A stretch of DNA of 63,902 bases, counting the filler, from Lama guanicoe (Eukaryota): assembly GCA_013239625.1 (NCBI GenBank). It is 149 parts of 149 records of this genome, joined end to end, with 100 filler letters (N's around TTAATTAATTAA, not from the genome) between each part and the next. Parts side by side here need not be neighbours in the genome. Positions count along the whole stretch, not along the records: positions 1 to 328 come from PNXV01056386.1; positions 429 to 756 come from PNXV01056387.1; positions 857 to 1,184 come from PNXV01056388.1; positions 1,285 to 1,612 come from PNXV01056389.1; positions 1,713 to 2,040 come from PNXV01056390.1; positions 2,141 to 2,468 come from PNXV01056391.1; positions 2,569 to 2,896 come from PNXV01056392.1; positions 2,997 to 3,324 come from PNXV01056393.1; 141 more parts are not named here. The stretch is one strand, 5' to 3'. This document shows positions 1 through 11,472 of the stretch, in pieces. Within the stretch, counting starts at the first letter, position 1; each line of letters starts with the position of its first letter. A program made the translations under genes and the position numbers. The notes below the pieces were generated by a model. The model was not told the origin of the DNA. It saw only the letters and a list, made by a program, of their open reading frames with translations, and searched no databases.

Positions 1-290
1 AATATATTCTAATTTTTATTTTGATTTCTTCAATAGAACCATGAACTCTCAAGAAGTCCATATTTCTTGGACTTTGAAAACTCCCGTTTCTTAATTTCCA
101 TACATGGAGTGATTCTGTAGTTCTTTTTTATTATTGATTTCTAGATAAACTGCATTGCGGTCACAGAATGAACTCTGAATGATCTCAATCACTTTAATCT
201 TGTGGGGACTGATTTTATTCTCCAATGTATGTTTTAATTTTAGAATAATTTCTTGTGTACATAAGAATGCATAATTTACAGCTACAGATC
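1..290 (-). mobile_element. Old L1 (L1M-type) ORF2 fragment
   Basis: ttattgatttctag...attgcggtcacagaa...tgatctcaatc resembles the recalled antisense L1M ORF2 consensus; degenerate. Confidence 0.6.
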
Positions 291-520
291 ATGCATTAAA
301 TTCTAATTATATGTTAATTTTAAAGTAANNNNNNNNNNNNNNNNNNNNNNNNNNNNNNNNNNNNNNNNNNNNTTAATTAATTAANNNNNNNNNNNNNNNN
401 NNNNNNNNNNNNNNNNNNNNNNNNNNNNTATATATATTGACTTGATACCTTTGAAGTTTATCGGTTCCTCACTGCAAAAGCCGACTGAAGCAAATTCTCA
501 TGCATATCAATAAAAATTAC

Positions 521-544
521 CTTCTCCATCAATTAGTAATTGGT
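521..544 (-). CDS. Candidate 24-nt symmetric micro-exon (xQLLIDGE), gene unknown
   Basis: Minus strand reads ctgattctttttctttctag|ACCAATTACTAATTGATGGAGAAG|gtaatt: branch-like ctgat, strong pyrimidine tract, AG/GT boundaries, length divisible by 3. Confidence 0.3.
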
Positions 545-2568
545 CTAGAAAGAAAAAGAATCAGTGTGTCCTGCTTTAAGGTCATCAGTGTGCTCGGACC
601 TAAAACTAGGAAACACACACACAAAAGCTGTAACTCGTCATTTTACAAATGGTGGCCATTGACAAAACTCCACTGGGTTCCCTAAAATTGAGTATTTTAT
701 AGGGTGCTTGGAAACCATGATAGCTCATGAAAACTAAATGGACTGAACTTTACAGTNNNNNNNNNNNNNNNNNNNNNNNNNNNNNNNNNNNNNNNNNNNN
801 TTAATTAATTAANNNNNNNNNNNNNNNNNNNNNNNNNNNNNNNNNNNNNNNNNNNNTAAATTTTTATTAAAAATACAAGCTTAAATATGGAAATATACTA
901 AAGCAGCTTTTTTCTGCTTTAAGGAATATAAGATTTCAGACATCATATCCTTTTATTTTAGCAAACCCTCTGCTATAAAGTTGCCATAAAATTACATGAA
1001 ACATATTACTTCAGGAGCCCCCTTGTACCCTGAAGACCTAAAATTAATTACGTATATTAGAAATCCTCAGTGCATATGAGGTTGGCACATCATTCTTACT
1101 CAAAGATGATCTCCTTTAGGGAGGACATTTGTAACTTGTACAATTGTTGATTATCCTAGTGTCAAAGCCAACCCCAGAGATAAANNNNNNNNNNNNNNNN
1201 NNNNNNNNNNNNNNNNNNNNNNNNNNNNTTAATTAATTAANNNNNNNNNNNNNNNNNNNNNNNNNNNNNNNNNNNNNNNNNNNNTTTTTTATTACTTATT
1301 TAAAAAGACAAAAACAAAAACTGTTGGCCTATTTTCTCTTACCAAAAAATCTTCTTGTAAGAAAATGGAAACCTGATGATAATGAGGCTTCCGGGCTGGG
1401 TGAGGACACTGCACACAGCGCGTCACGAGCAAGATGTTTCCCACAGAGCTCTGCCCCTCTGAATCTGCACCAGCCCACAGCACAGGTGGGTCATGAAAAG
1501 CGAAGTGTTAACGGACATAAAGTGAGAGGCTGGAAACCTCTCAGCTGTGCTGAAAGGCATGTCCGCCTTTGATGCTGGGGCCCAGCTCTCTGAACTGCAA
1601 TGCGTTATAAGCNNNNNNNNNNNNNNNNNNNNNNNNNNNNNNNNNNNNNNNNNNNNTTAATTAATTAANNNNNNNNNNNNNNNNNNNNNNNNNNNNNNNN
1701 NNNNNNNNNNNNTTTCTTTATCATGTTCTTGGCCATATGGTTTGGATCCTAGATGTTTAGCAAAAGAATAAGGTTTGAAGAGAAAAGAAGAGGAAAGAAT
1801 GAAAAGGAAATCTGAGATCTGAAAAACTTTAGATTGAGTGATCTGACTTCTTTCCTGGAGTTTCTCTAAATACCCACAGCTAAGACCTTCTACCCACATT
1901 GGCAAGCTAGGCCTTGCACAGATATCTTGAACCAATTAAACAGTCTTGGAATCTTCAGCTGGCCTGGAGCTTTGTGTTTCAGCATCAGAGATGACAGCCT
2001 TCTGATCCTTATGTCCTGGTCCCTTTGCTTGTTATCTGCANNNNNNNNNNNNNNNNNNNNNNNNNNNNNNNNNNNNNNNNNNNNTTAATTAATTAANNNN
2101 NNNNNNNNNNNNNNNNNNNNNNNNNNNNNNNNNNNNNNNNAATATGACATAATCCTTTCTGAAATTTTCTCCTTTTTTATTCATGATACTGCAACTTCTA
2201 ATTATCCTCTAAGTCTGGGCCAATCTATAGCACATGCTGATTCATGCATTTCTCCTCAGTTTGGGGAGAGCCACTGTTACAACATCAATGAGTTTCTAGT
2301 GTCTGAAATGTCTCTCAAGTTTACATTTTAATTGCAAATTTAATCAATAGTCATTCTGTAGTTCTTGCTGTTCATGACAACAAGGATAATAAACATTGCA
2401 CAGGTGCACTAATCCTTTCTGCAAGGGATTCTTGTCAGCACAATTAATATTATTCCTGTTTTACCATGNNNNNNNNNNNNNNNNNNNNNNNNNNNNNNNN
2501 NNNNNNNNNNNNTTAATTAATTAANNNNNNNNNNNNNNNNNNNNNNNNNNNNNNNNNNNNNNNNNNNN

Positions 2569-2896
2569 ATCCACTGCCTGGCACTGCGGGAGCGGAGCCC
2601 CGAGGTGCTGTCAGGTGACGAGGATGGGGCTGTGCGGCTTTGGGACCTCCGCCCGGCCAAGGAGGTCCAGACTCCCGAGGTCTACAAGCACGAGGAGTGC
2701 TCGAGGCCCCACAGTGGGCGCTGGATCGGATGTTTGGCAACTGACTCAGACTGGATGGTAGGTGTAGGTGGCCCAGCGCTCACCCTCTGGCACCTCCGAT
2801 CCTCCACACCCACCACCATCTTCCGTATGTGGGCACCACAGAAGCACGTCACCTTCTACCAGGTCCTGGTTCTATCAGCGGCCAGGGTCACTGCGT
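2569..2896 (+). pseudogene. THOC6: THOC6 (WD40 THO complex subunit) processed pseudogene fragment
   Basis: Translation [28 protein letters not shown]...[24 protein letters not shown]...[13 protein letters not shown]...[10 protein letters not shown] matches recalled THOC6. There is no intron over 328 nt of a gene built from small exons. It carries several non-conservative changes and an apparent 1-nt deletion near 2880 (LSAGQG reads LSAARV). Confidence 0.88.
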
Positions 2897-2996
2897 NNNN
2901 NNNNNNNNNNNNNNNNNNNNNNNNNNNNNNNNNNNNNNNNTTAATTAATTAANNNNNNNNNNNNNNNNNNNNNNNNNNNNNNNNNNNNNNNNNNNN

Positions 2997-3324
2997 ATAC
3001 TATGAACAACTATATGGCAACAAATTGGACAACCTAGAAAAAATGGACAAGTTTCTAGAAACATAAAGTCCACCAAAACTGAATCCAGAAGAAGTAGATC
3101 ATTTGAATAAACTAACCACTAGAAGTGAAATAAAATCAGCAATAAAAAATCTCCCTGCAAACAAAAGTCCAGGATCAGATGGCTTCACTGTGGAATTCTA
3201 CAAAACACACAAAGAAGAACTCAGACCTATCCTGCTCAAACTCTTCCAAAAGACTGAAGAGGAACGGAATACTTACAAATTCATTCTATGAAGCCACCAT
3301 CACCCTGATACCAAAACCAGACAA
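2997..3324 (+). mobile_element. L1 ORF2 fragment (pre-RT region), decayed
   Basis: YYEQLYGNKLDNLEKMDKFLET...[15 protein letters not shown]...[21 protein letters not shown] L1 ORF2 motifs, with an in-frame stop and a frameshift near 3265. Confidence 0.95.
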
Positions 3325-4004
3325 NNNNNNNNNNNNNNNNNNNNNNNNNNNNNNNNNNNNNNNNNNNNTTAATTAATTAANNNNNNNNNNNNNNNNNNNN
3401 NNNNNNNNNNNNNNNNNNNNNNNNTTAGTCCTGTTATAGTTCCATACTTGTTATCAATTTAATACTGTTAATATCAGCATTATTAATCTAGGGATTTAGT
3501 AGAATAATCTATGTACATTATTGTTAAAAGCAGGACAAGACAAAATTTATCTGATGACTGCTTTTAGTTGAGTACAGATCTTCCTTCTCCCTTTATTCTG
3601 ATGATGACATTTCTATGATTACATTAAAATTCAGGAGTTACTTTGTGGGATTCTCAGTCTTTGCTCTCACTTTTATATTGGCCAACTCTAAGTTTACATG
3701 TCCTTTTTCCTTTTAGCTTCTCTCCATATTTTCCTATTACATATACTGATGANNNNNNNNNNNNNNNNNNNNNNNNNNNNNNNNNNNNNNNNNNNNTTAA
3801 TTAATTAANNNNNNNNNNNNNNNNNNNNNNNNNNNNNNNNNNNNNNNNNNNNAAATCACTAAGGAACTAGGAAAGTGCCAAGTCTCTTGGCCGAGTGACA
3901 ACACATTTAACCAGAAGAGGAACAAATGACTCAACTACTACAAAGATGACAGGAAGGAAAAGAATTTTCAAAGACTGTAAATTCGGCATAAGTGCAGCAT
4001 GGAT

Positions 4005-4120
4005 TTTTATTGAGAACGTATTAAGTGCGGGGAAGACACATTGCCAAGGATACATATGGTAAAAAGACATGCACTCTGCTGTCAAGAAGCTTAAAAACTA
4101 GAAGGGGAAAACAGGACTAA
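4005..4120 (-). mobile_element. L2 3' fragment
   Basis: tttattgag...taagtgc...ctgctgtcaagaagctta...ctag resembles the antisense L2 3' end. Confidence 0.45.
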
Positions 4121-5139
4121 ATAGGCACAACAAAGGGTCTGAAGTGAGGAGGACATTTAACAAGGTCCAGTCAAACTGTGANNNNNNNNNNNNNNNNNNN
4201 NNNNNNNNNNNNNNNNNNNNNNNNNTTAATTAATTAANNNNNNNNNNNNNNNNNNNNNNNNNNNNNNNNNNNNNNNNNNNNGAAGGCTCGTGCCCATTCT
4301 GTGGGGCTGGGCCCATTCCCGGAGACCTGGGGCTCGCTCCCCGTCCTCCTCACCCTCCCACACAGGAATGAAGACTTGTAGGCAGCAGACCCTACAACCA
4401 GGTGATGCAGGAAAGGCACCTGTGGGGCACTGGCTCCTTGCAATGGTTGTCAAAATGATCTTTAAGACCAATTATTCTCACCATGGTGAGGCCAAACCAG
4501 TCGTAGGAACATCCTGGAGGAGGGAGGGTAAAGGCTGGTTGAAGGTGGGTATTTCAATGCCAAGACTTGACTAGAATTCAGGGAGGACCATATTGTAATA
4601 GTTTAGGATTNNNNNNNNNNNNNNNNNNNNNNNNNNNNNNNNNNNNNNNNNNNNTTAATTAATTAANNNNNNNNNNNNNNNNNNNNNNNNNNNNNNNNNN
4701 NNNNNNNNNNCATTCTTTGTCTGCTGATATGAGCACTGCATACAAAGGTGGTCCTAGTGATCAACTACTGTGAGAAAGGTGATGATTGTCTCAGGGCCCT
4801 GAATAGAAGGCAAGAATAAGATCTGGAAAGTTTTCTTTAAAGGCTCACTGCTTCCCTTTGGCTACTGTCTTTCCCAGGCTAAAGTGACTAACTCACCTCA
4901 TGGACTGTAAGCCTGTATTGCTTACAAAGAAGCTTCTCAAAGCTTCCCCCACCAGTTTTATTGAGATATGATTGATATATAGCAGCATGCAAGTTTAAAT
5001 TATAAACCATGTTAATTCAATACACATGTAGTGCAGTATNNNNNNNNNNNNNNNNNNNNNNNNNNNNNNNNNNNNNNNNNNNNTTAATTAATTAANNNNN
5101 NNNNNNNNNNNNNNNNNNNNNNNNNNNNNNNNNNNNNNN

Positions 5140-5467
5140 CTTTTGCACAGCAAAGGAAACCATAAACAAAATGAAAAGACAGCCTATGAAATGGGAGAAA
5201 ATATTTGCAAACAATGCTACCAGCAGAGGCTTAATTTCCAAAATAGACAAAACAGCTTATACAGCTCAATATCAAAAAACAAACAACCCAGTCAAAAACT
5301 GGGCAGAAAATGGCACAAATGAACTTATTTGTTATTTGAAAACAGAACTTATTTGAAAACAGGAACAGACTCATGGACATAGAAGACAAACTTACGATTA
5401 TCGAGGAGAAGGGTGTTAGGAAGGGATAAATCTGGGGTTTGGGATTTGCAGATACTACTATATATAA
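5140..5467 (+). mobile_element. Young L1 fragment: ORF2 C-terminal region fused directly to the 3' UTR (internal deletion)
   Basis: [24 protein letters not shown]...[11 protein letters not shown] is followed abruptly by the 3' UTR motif acaaatgaacttattt...acagactcatggacatagaa...gggataaa...gatttgcagatact. Confidence 0.9.
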
Positions 5468-5567
5468 NNNNNNNNNNNNNNNNNNNNNNNNNNNNNNNNN
5501 NNNNNNNNNNNTTAATTAATTAANNNNNNNNNNNNNNNNNNNNNNNNNNNNNNNNNNNNNNNNNNNN

Positions 5568-5770
5568 GGTTCTTGCTTCTCTACCGATACTGCCAACAGC
5601 ATTATGGGAAGTGGTTGCTGCTCAGCCTGGTTCCTGGAGTGAGGAAGATGACAACCGGCCAGCAGCACCCCAAGGCCAGCCCATGATGAACATGTGGTCT
5701 GAACAAGAAATGAATCACCGAGATTTGAGGGCTGTTTGTTATGGTCACAAAGGCTAGCCTATTCTGGCAA
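5568..5770 (+). mobile_element. Old MaLR LTR (MLT1K/L-like) fragment
   Basis: The reverse complement reads ataggctag...taacaaacagccctcaaatctc...cctcactccaggaaccaggctgagcagcaaccact, typical of the MLT1K/L terminus. Confidence 0.55.
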
Positions 5771-6036
5771 GGAGAGAAGGAACGGATGCTCCCCATACCT
5801 GCTCAGGAAAGCGCAGGTGTCAGGACTCTGCAGGATGTCACTGACATCCCCTGGCTGGCTTTCTAAGTACACCTACTCCAGCTGTGTTTTAGAGGCNNNN
5901 NNNNNNNNNNNNNNNNNNNNNNNNNNNNNNNNNNNNNNNNTTAATTAATTAANNNNNNNNNNNNNNNNNNNNNNNNNNNNNNNNNNNNNNNNNNNNAACC
6001 TACATGGCACATCAACGTCCCTAGTTTACCTAAGAG

Positions 6037-6114
6037 AAAAACATCAAATGCGTCATGAATTTGCATGTCTTCCTTATGAAGGGGCGCTGCTTCTCTGAAA
6101 TGTACAAGTTTACC
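6037..6114 (-). pseudogene. U6 snRNA retropseudogene (5'-truncated), copy/allele A
   Basis: aaaaacatcaaatgcgtcatgaatttgcatgtcttccttatgaaggggcgctgct..tctctg aligns to the U6 reverse complement AAAAATATGGAACGCTTCACGAATTTGCGTGTCATCCTTGCGCAGGGGCCATGCTAATCTTCTCTG. Confidence 0.85.
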
Positions 6115-6465
6115 GGTTTACCAGTTTGGTTCTGTAGATACAGCACTATTTTGGATAAAATGTACCTCTTTTTCCCCTTCTCCAGCCCTCTGGTGAACCT
6201 AGTTTGAGAAGGATTGATTTTACTTGTTTTGAAAGGAAAGTTCCAAGCGTCAAGCTCTGCACTTTCCTCCTCTGTGTTTAAGAACAGGCGAGTGGGGTGT
6301 GCTGTGAAGAACAGAAAGAGGGGAANNNNNNNNNNNNNNNNNNNNNNNNNNNNNNNNNNNNNNNNNNNNTTAATTAATTAANNNNNNNNNNNNNNNNNNN
6401 NNNNNNNNNNNNNNNNNNNNNNNNNAACCTACATGGCACATCAACGTCCCTAGTTTACCTAAGAG

Positions 6466-6543
6466 AAAAACATCGAATGCGTCATGAATTTGCATGTCTT
6501 CCTTATGCAGGGGCCCTGCTTCTCTGAAACGTACAAGTTTACT
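6466..6543 (-). pseudogene. U6 snRNA retropseudogene (5'-truncated), copy/allele B
   Basis: Same alignment as copy A and slightly closer to U6 (gcaggggccctgct). Confidence 0.87.
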
Positions 6544-7283
6544 GGTTTACCAGTTTGGTTCTGTGGATACAGCACTATTTTGGATAAAATGTACCTCTTT
6601 TTCCCCTTCTCCACCTCTCTGGTGAAGCTAGTTTGAGAAGGATTGATTTTACTTGTTTTGAAAGGAAAGTTCCAAGTGTCAAGCTCTGCACTTTCCTCCA
6701 CTGTATTTAAGAACAGGCGAGTGGGGTGTGCTGTGAAGAACAGAAAGAGGGGAANNNNNNNNNNNNNNNNNNNNNNNNNNNNNNNNNNNNNNNNNNNNTT
6801 AATTAATTAANNNNNNNNNNNNNNNNNNNNNNNNNNNNNNNNNNNNNNNNNNNNAATTCACAGACCTCCAGCTTTCCTGTGGTTCTCGCTCTTTGGTGGA
6901 CTCTGTTATGTTTTAATTCTCTTTTGTGTGGATTTGTAGTACAAGTCAAATGCCTTTCTTTGATTCCTTATCAGTATTGTGGAGTGGGAGATGGTTTCTT
7001 ACCATTTCTGTTGTGATCACTTAATTAACAAATGTCTTTAATTTCCTCTTATGACCCGTGTACTTGAGCACATTTCCTCACTCGCTGTCAGCAATCTTGT
7101 CCATCACAGTTCCGTGCATTCTCGGCTTTCTCCTGGGACCTGTAGACAGCCTTGTTTTTCTAGCAGTGAGATAATTTTTCAGANNNNNNNNNNNNNNNNN
7201 NNNNNNNNNNNNNNNNNNNNNNNNNNNTTAATTAATTAANNNNNNNNNNNNNNNNNNNNNNNNNNNNNNNNNNNNNNNNNNNN

Positions 7284-7392
7284 CAGTTTACAATGTGTCA
7301 ATTTCTGGTGTACAGCATGTTTCAGTCATACACACCATACATTGATTTGTTTTCATATTTTCTTTTATCCTAGGTTACTATAAGATATTGAA
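7284..7392 (-). mobile_element. Young L1 3' terminus (camelid-type)
   Basis: cagtttacaatgtgtcaatttctggtgtacagca...ttcatattt...taggttactataagatattgaa is the reverse complement of the L1 tail at 59265-59592. Confidence 0.8.
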
Positions 7393-7711
7393 CTTTTCTG
7401 ATTGTTTTTACAAAATATGGAAGACTGCAATAAAAGCAGATTTTGAATGGGTAATTATACAGGAAGGCCAGCAGTGCACATTGGGGCATATTAATATGAG
7501 ATTGTCAATTGAATGTGAAAGTAAAAATACTGAATAGTTAGTTCCTTTTTCAGTCTGTAATTCAAGATAGAGATCTGGACGAGTGAGACAATTTGGGGGT
7601 CCTAAGCATTTNNNNNNNNNNNNNNNNNNNNNNNNNNNNNNNNNNNNNNNNNNNNTTAATTAATTAANNNNNNNNNNNNNNNNNNNNNNNNNNNNNNNNN
7701 NNNNNNNNNNN

Positions 7712-8040
7712 CCCCCGGCACACCCCGGAGCGTGGGGAAGCTCACCGCGTGCGGCAGAGCAGCTGGGAGCGCGCCTTCCTCCGGAACCACAGCCCACGCG
7801 AGACAAAGGGAACTGCAAGGCCGAGGTGCCTTCATCGGACCCTTCTCCCTAGTCAGGGAACACTCAGCCGGACACTGAAAACAACGGCAGACAGACTAGC
7901 GTGTGGCTGGCCCGGCCCGCTCACAGGACGGGGCAGTAACGGGCACACCCTCAGCGGGCTACGACCGACGCGCCTGCCAGCCCCCACGAGCCGCGAGGCC
8001 CCGGGTGAGCCGCTCGCCCAGCCCGCCAGCACTGCTCGGC
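7712..8040. promoter_or_regulatory. CpG island fragment
   Basis: GC-rich with dense CpG; possible minus-strand splice donor gcg|gtgagc at 7740-7746. Confidence 0.7.
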
Positions 8041-8140
8041 NNNNNNNNNNNNNNNNNNNNNNNNNNNNNNNNNNNNNNNNNNNNTTAATTAATTAANNNN
8101 NNNNNNNNNNNNNNNNNNNNNNNNNNNNNNNNNNNNNNNN

Positions 8141-8310
8141 AGAGTAAAAGACAAAAACATTCAATCATCTCAACAGATGAAGAAAAAGCACTTTTTCAAG
8201 TGTAATGCTTATTCATGATTTAAATTCTCAACTATAAATAAAAAGGACTTCGTCAACCTGAGGGCATCTATGAAAAACCTGCATCTATAATCATATTTAA
8301 TGGTGAAAGG
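8141..8310 (+). mobile_element. Old L1 ORF2 (RT) fragment
   Basis: atcatctcaacagatgaagaaaaagca...ggcatctatgaaaaacctgca..taatcatatttaatggtgaaa resembles the L1 RT IISIDAEKAF / IYEKPTANIILNGE region. Confidence 0.8.
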
Positions 8311-10714
8311 AGAAATGAAAGTAACCAAAAGGAGTTTAAAAAGAAAAAAGAAAAAGGTGAAATAAATACCTAAATGCACAAGAACACGGAGGCCAAGAAA
8401 GCCAAGATTAAATATTTCTGAGCAAAGGATTATTGCCTCACAAGTCTTTCAGCATGATGGGTACTTTTTNNNNNNNNNNNNNNNNNNNNNNNNNNNNNNN
8501 NNNNNNNNNNNNNTTAATTAATTAANNNNNNNNNNNNNNNNNNNNNNNNNNNNNNNNNNNNNNNNNNNNTTTTTTTTTTTCTTTTCGTGGGCTGAACAGA
8601 GGACTGGCTTAAGGTGGAGGCAGAAGTCCCCTGTCATTTCTGTTTTAACATGTGAAGAGGAAATAAGTCAGTGGAACAAGAATGGCTCATACAAGGGAAA
8701 GAGGAAAGAGGAGACAAAGAGAGATGCTGGGAGAGGAAGCCAAGCACAAAACATCCCACATCAGCCTTTTGGACTCCGATCCCAGGGCCTGCTTTATTCC
8801 TATGACGCATTCTATAACGTGGAGACATGAGTGGGGAAAGGATGTCATCCCAGTTGACTTGGCCCAGGGGCTCTGCTTCCCTGTGACCCAGAGGCCTTNN
8901 NNNNNNNNNNNNNNNNNNNNNNNNNNNNNNNNNNNNNNNNNNTTAATTAATTAANNNNNNNNNNNNNNNNNNNNNNNNNNNNNNNNNNNNNNNNNNNNGC
9001 TGTCCCCGCAGCAGTTGCTTCCAGCACTGCCTAGGCCCCGCGGCGATGCCCGCAGCACTAGACAGGATGCTGGTGTCACCCAGGCCCAGAGGGGAAGCCC
9101 AGGCCCAGACTGAGCTGGGAGTGCACTCACTGAGGGCAGGGGGCACCCATTCCTCACTCAGCACCACAGACACTTCTCCGACCTGGGCTCTGGACTGGGA
9201 GTGGGGCCCCCACTGAAATCCTCCATTGAGCCCAGCTGCTCTCTGCTCAGCAGGGAGCTGGTCACCAAGGCCACAGAGCCAGGAAATAGATTTGCATGAG
9301 GATATCCCTTCTGAGGATAAGAGAGTCNNNNNNNNNNNNNNNNNNNNNNNNNNNNNNNNNNNNNNNNNNNNTTAATTAATTAANNNNNNNNNNNNNNNNN
9401 NNNNNNNNNNNNNNNNNNNNNNNNNNNTTTTTTTGGGAGGGATGGTATTTATCTATCATTTATTCATTGTGATGAATGAAGTCCAGGTATTTCCTTAGTG
9501 ATACGTGGTAGGAAATCCTGGGCTCTAGACAAACAAAGCACCAAATTAACACTTTCTGTCCATTCCATTTCATCAATTAGTTACATTCAAGCAAATGACT
9601 GCTTTAGCATACAAATAGGTATGAATGAAATTTTGCATTTTGAATAAAATGTCTTATTTTTAAACAACTTTCTGAAACTTTAATAGTAACTTCTAACTCC
9701 TTCTGTAGAACCAAAGTGCTATTTTCAGTTCTAACCCTTAATTACCAGAATACATGNNNNNNNNNNNNNNNNNNNNNNNNNNNNNNNNNNNNNNNNNNNN
9801 TTAATTAATTAANNNNNNNNNNNNNNNNNNNNNNNNNNNNNNNNNNNNNNNNNNNNAGAATTTCATTTAGGTTCTGGTTAAGAATATGTTGAATCTATAG
9901 GTGTACCTGGGACAGTTGGCAGTTTCATACTTTAAAAAAAATTTTTTTCTTTAATCAAAGCTATTTAGCTTTGTCTTTTATTTTTGGAACAGAAAAGGCC
10001 TTAATAAAGACAAAACTCAAGAAAAAAAGGAACAGGTATATATCACAAAATTAGAATTCTTTTTTAAATCAAATTTGTTAAATTTCTAAACACAAATCCA
10101 CAAGCATTCAAAATACATTTCTGGTAATAATTCACAGTATTTTACATTTTCTTCTATGTTAAATGCAGTTTATAATTTTTGCATTNNNNNNNNNNNNNNN
10201 NNNNNNNNNNNNNNNNNNNNNNNNNNNNNTTAATTAATTAANNNNNNNNNNNNNNNNNNNNNNNNNNNNNNNNNNNNNNNNNNNNAGCATAGCGGAGGAA
10301 TGCAAGACGCACCTGAGCAGGGGTATTAAGAAAATGTGTTCTCCGAGCATCACGTGTGTCGGCCGCGGAGGCGGTGCCGTCTGGATACGCGCCCTGCGCC
10401 TCCGTCCTGCGCCCCCTCAGCGGGACCACCAGGGACGTCCCTGCTGGCTTCTCAGTGGCCAGGCATTGCAGCGATGCTTAAGGTACGAGAATAAATTCAC
10501 TGAAAGACACGGGGACTCCTTGAGCAGTGTGTCCCGGGACCCCCCCTCTCAGTATGGCCAGGAGCGTTTCAGGTCCTTTATGCCTGGAGCTTTTCGTGCC
10601 TTCCGTCACTGGAGNNNNNNNNNNNNNNNNNNNNNNNNNNNNNNNNNNNNNNNNNNNNTTAATTAATTAANNNNNNNNNNNNNNNNNNNNNNNNNNNNNN
10701 NNNNNNNNNNNNNN

Positions 10715-11043
10715 CTTGGTAGATGAACGAACCACTCTCCACATGCTCAATTCTGAGAGTTGAGTGTGTGTGAAATCCGTCAATCACCTAGATTTTTGAG
10801 AATATACAGTTTCTATTCAGTGGGAAACTACACAACATTCATATTATAGGGAGGTAATAACTCCAACACTTCTTTTCAGTGAAAACTGCATGAACTTCAA
10901 ACCGGTTCTTTAAAACATACTTAGATACCAGAAAAAGAGTTTCTAAAGCAACCCATTCCGTTTATGTAGATCAATGAACATCTCTACACATGCTCAATTC
11001 TGAGAGTAAAGTGTGTGTGAAAGCCAAAAATCAACAAGCTTTT
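10715..11043. repeat. Satellite DNA, ~247-bp monomer (1.3 units)
   Basis: acatgctcaattctgagagt occurs at 10741 and 10988 (period 247); homologous to contig 24871-25195. Confidence 0.85.
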
Positions 11044-11143
11044 NNNNNNNNNNNNNNNNNNNNNNNNNNNNNNNNNNNNNNNNNNNNTTAATTAATTAAN
11101 NNNNNNNNNNNNNNNNNNNNNNNNNNNNNNNNNNNNNNNNNNN

Positions 11144-11472
11144 AAATTTCTTTTCTGTGGTTTCCTAATTTTTTCATTCATTACAAGCATTTTTTATACT
11201 TCAGTGAGTATAATTTTACTAGTTTCTGTAAAGTCCTGGTTTGATATTTGCAATATCTGTGCCATATAAGGGTTGGCTTTTGTTGATCATCTTTTCACTT
11301 GAAGTGAGCCACATGTTTTGTTTCTTTACTTTCATACGTTGAGTAATTTTGGATTGTACCCTGGACTTTGTTAAGATTATGTTTCTGAGAACGTTGATTC
11401 TGCCACATTCCTCCAATGGCTGTGGCTGTTTTCATTTTAGTTTTGGAAGACAATTAACGTGGCTGGTCTCAG
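11144..11472 (-). mobile_element. Old L1M 5'/ORF1-region fragment
   Basis: gagccacatgttttgtttctttactttcatacgttgagtaattttggattgtaccctggac resembles antisense L1M. Confidence 0.55.

Larger units (their letters stand above)
5997..6754 (+). repeat. Near-identical contig pair 1 (5997-6325 vs 6426-6754)
   Basis: 12 substitutions in 329 nt by manual count; first and last 49 nt identical. Confidence 0.97.
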
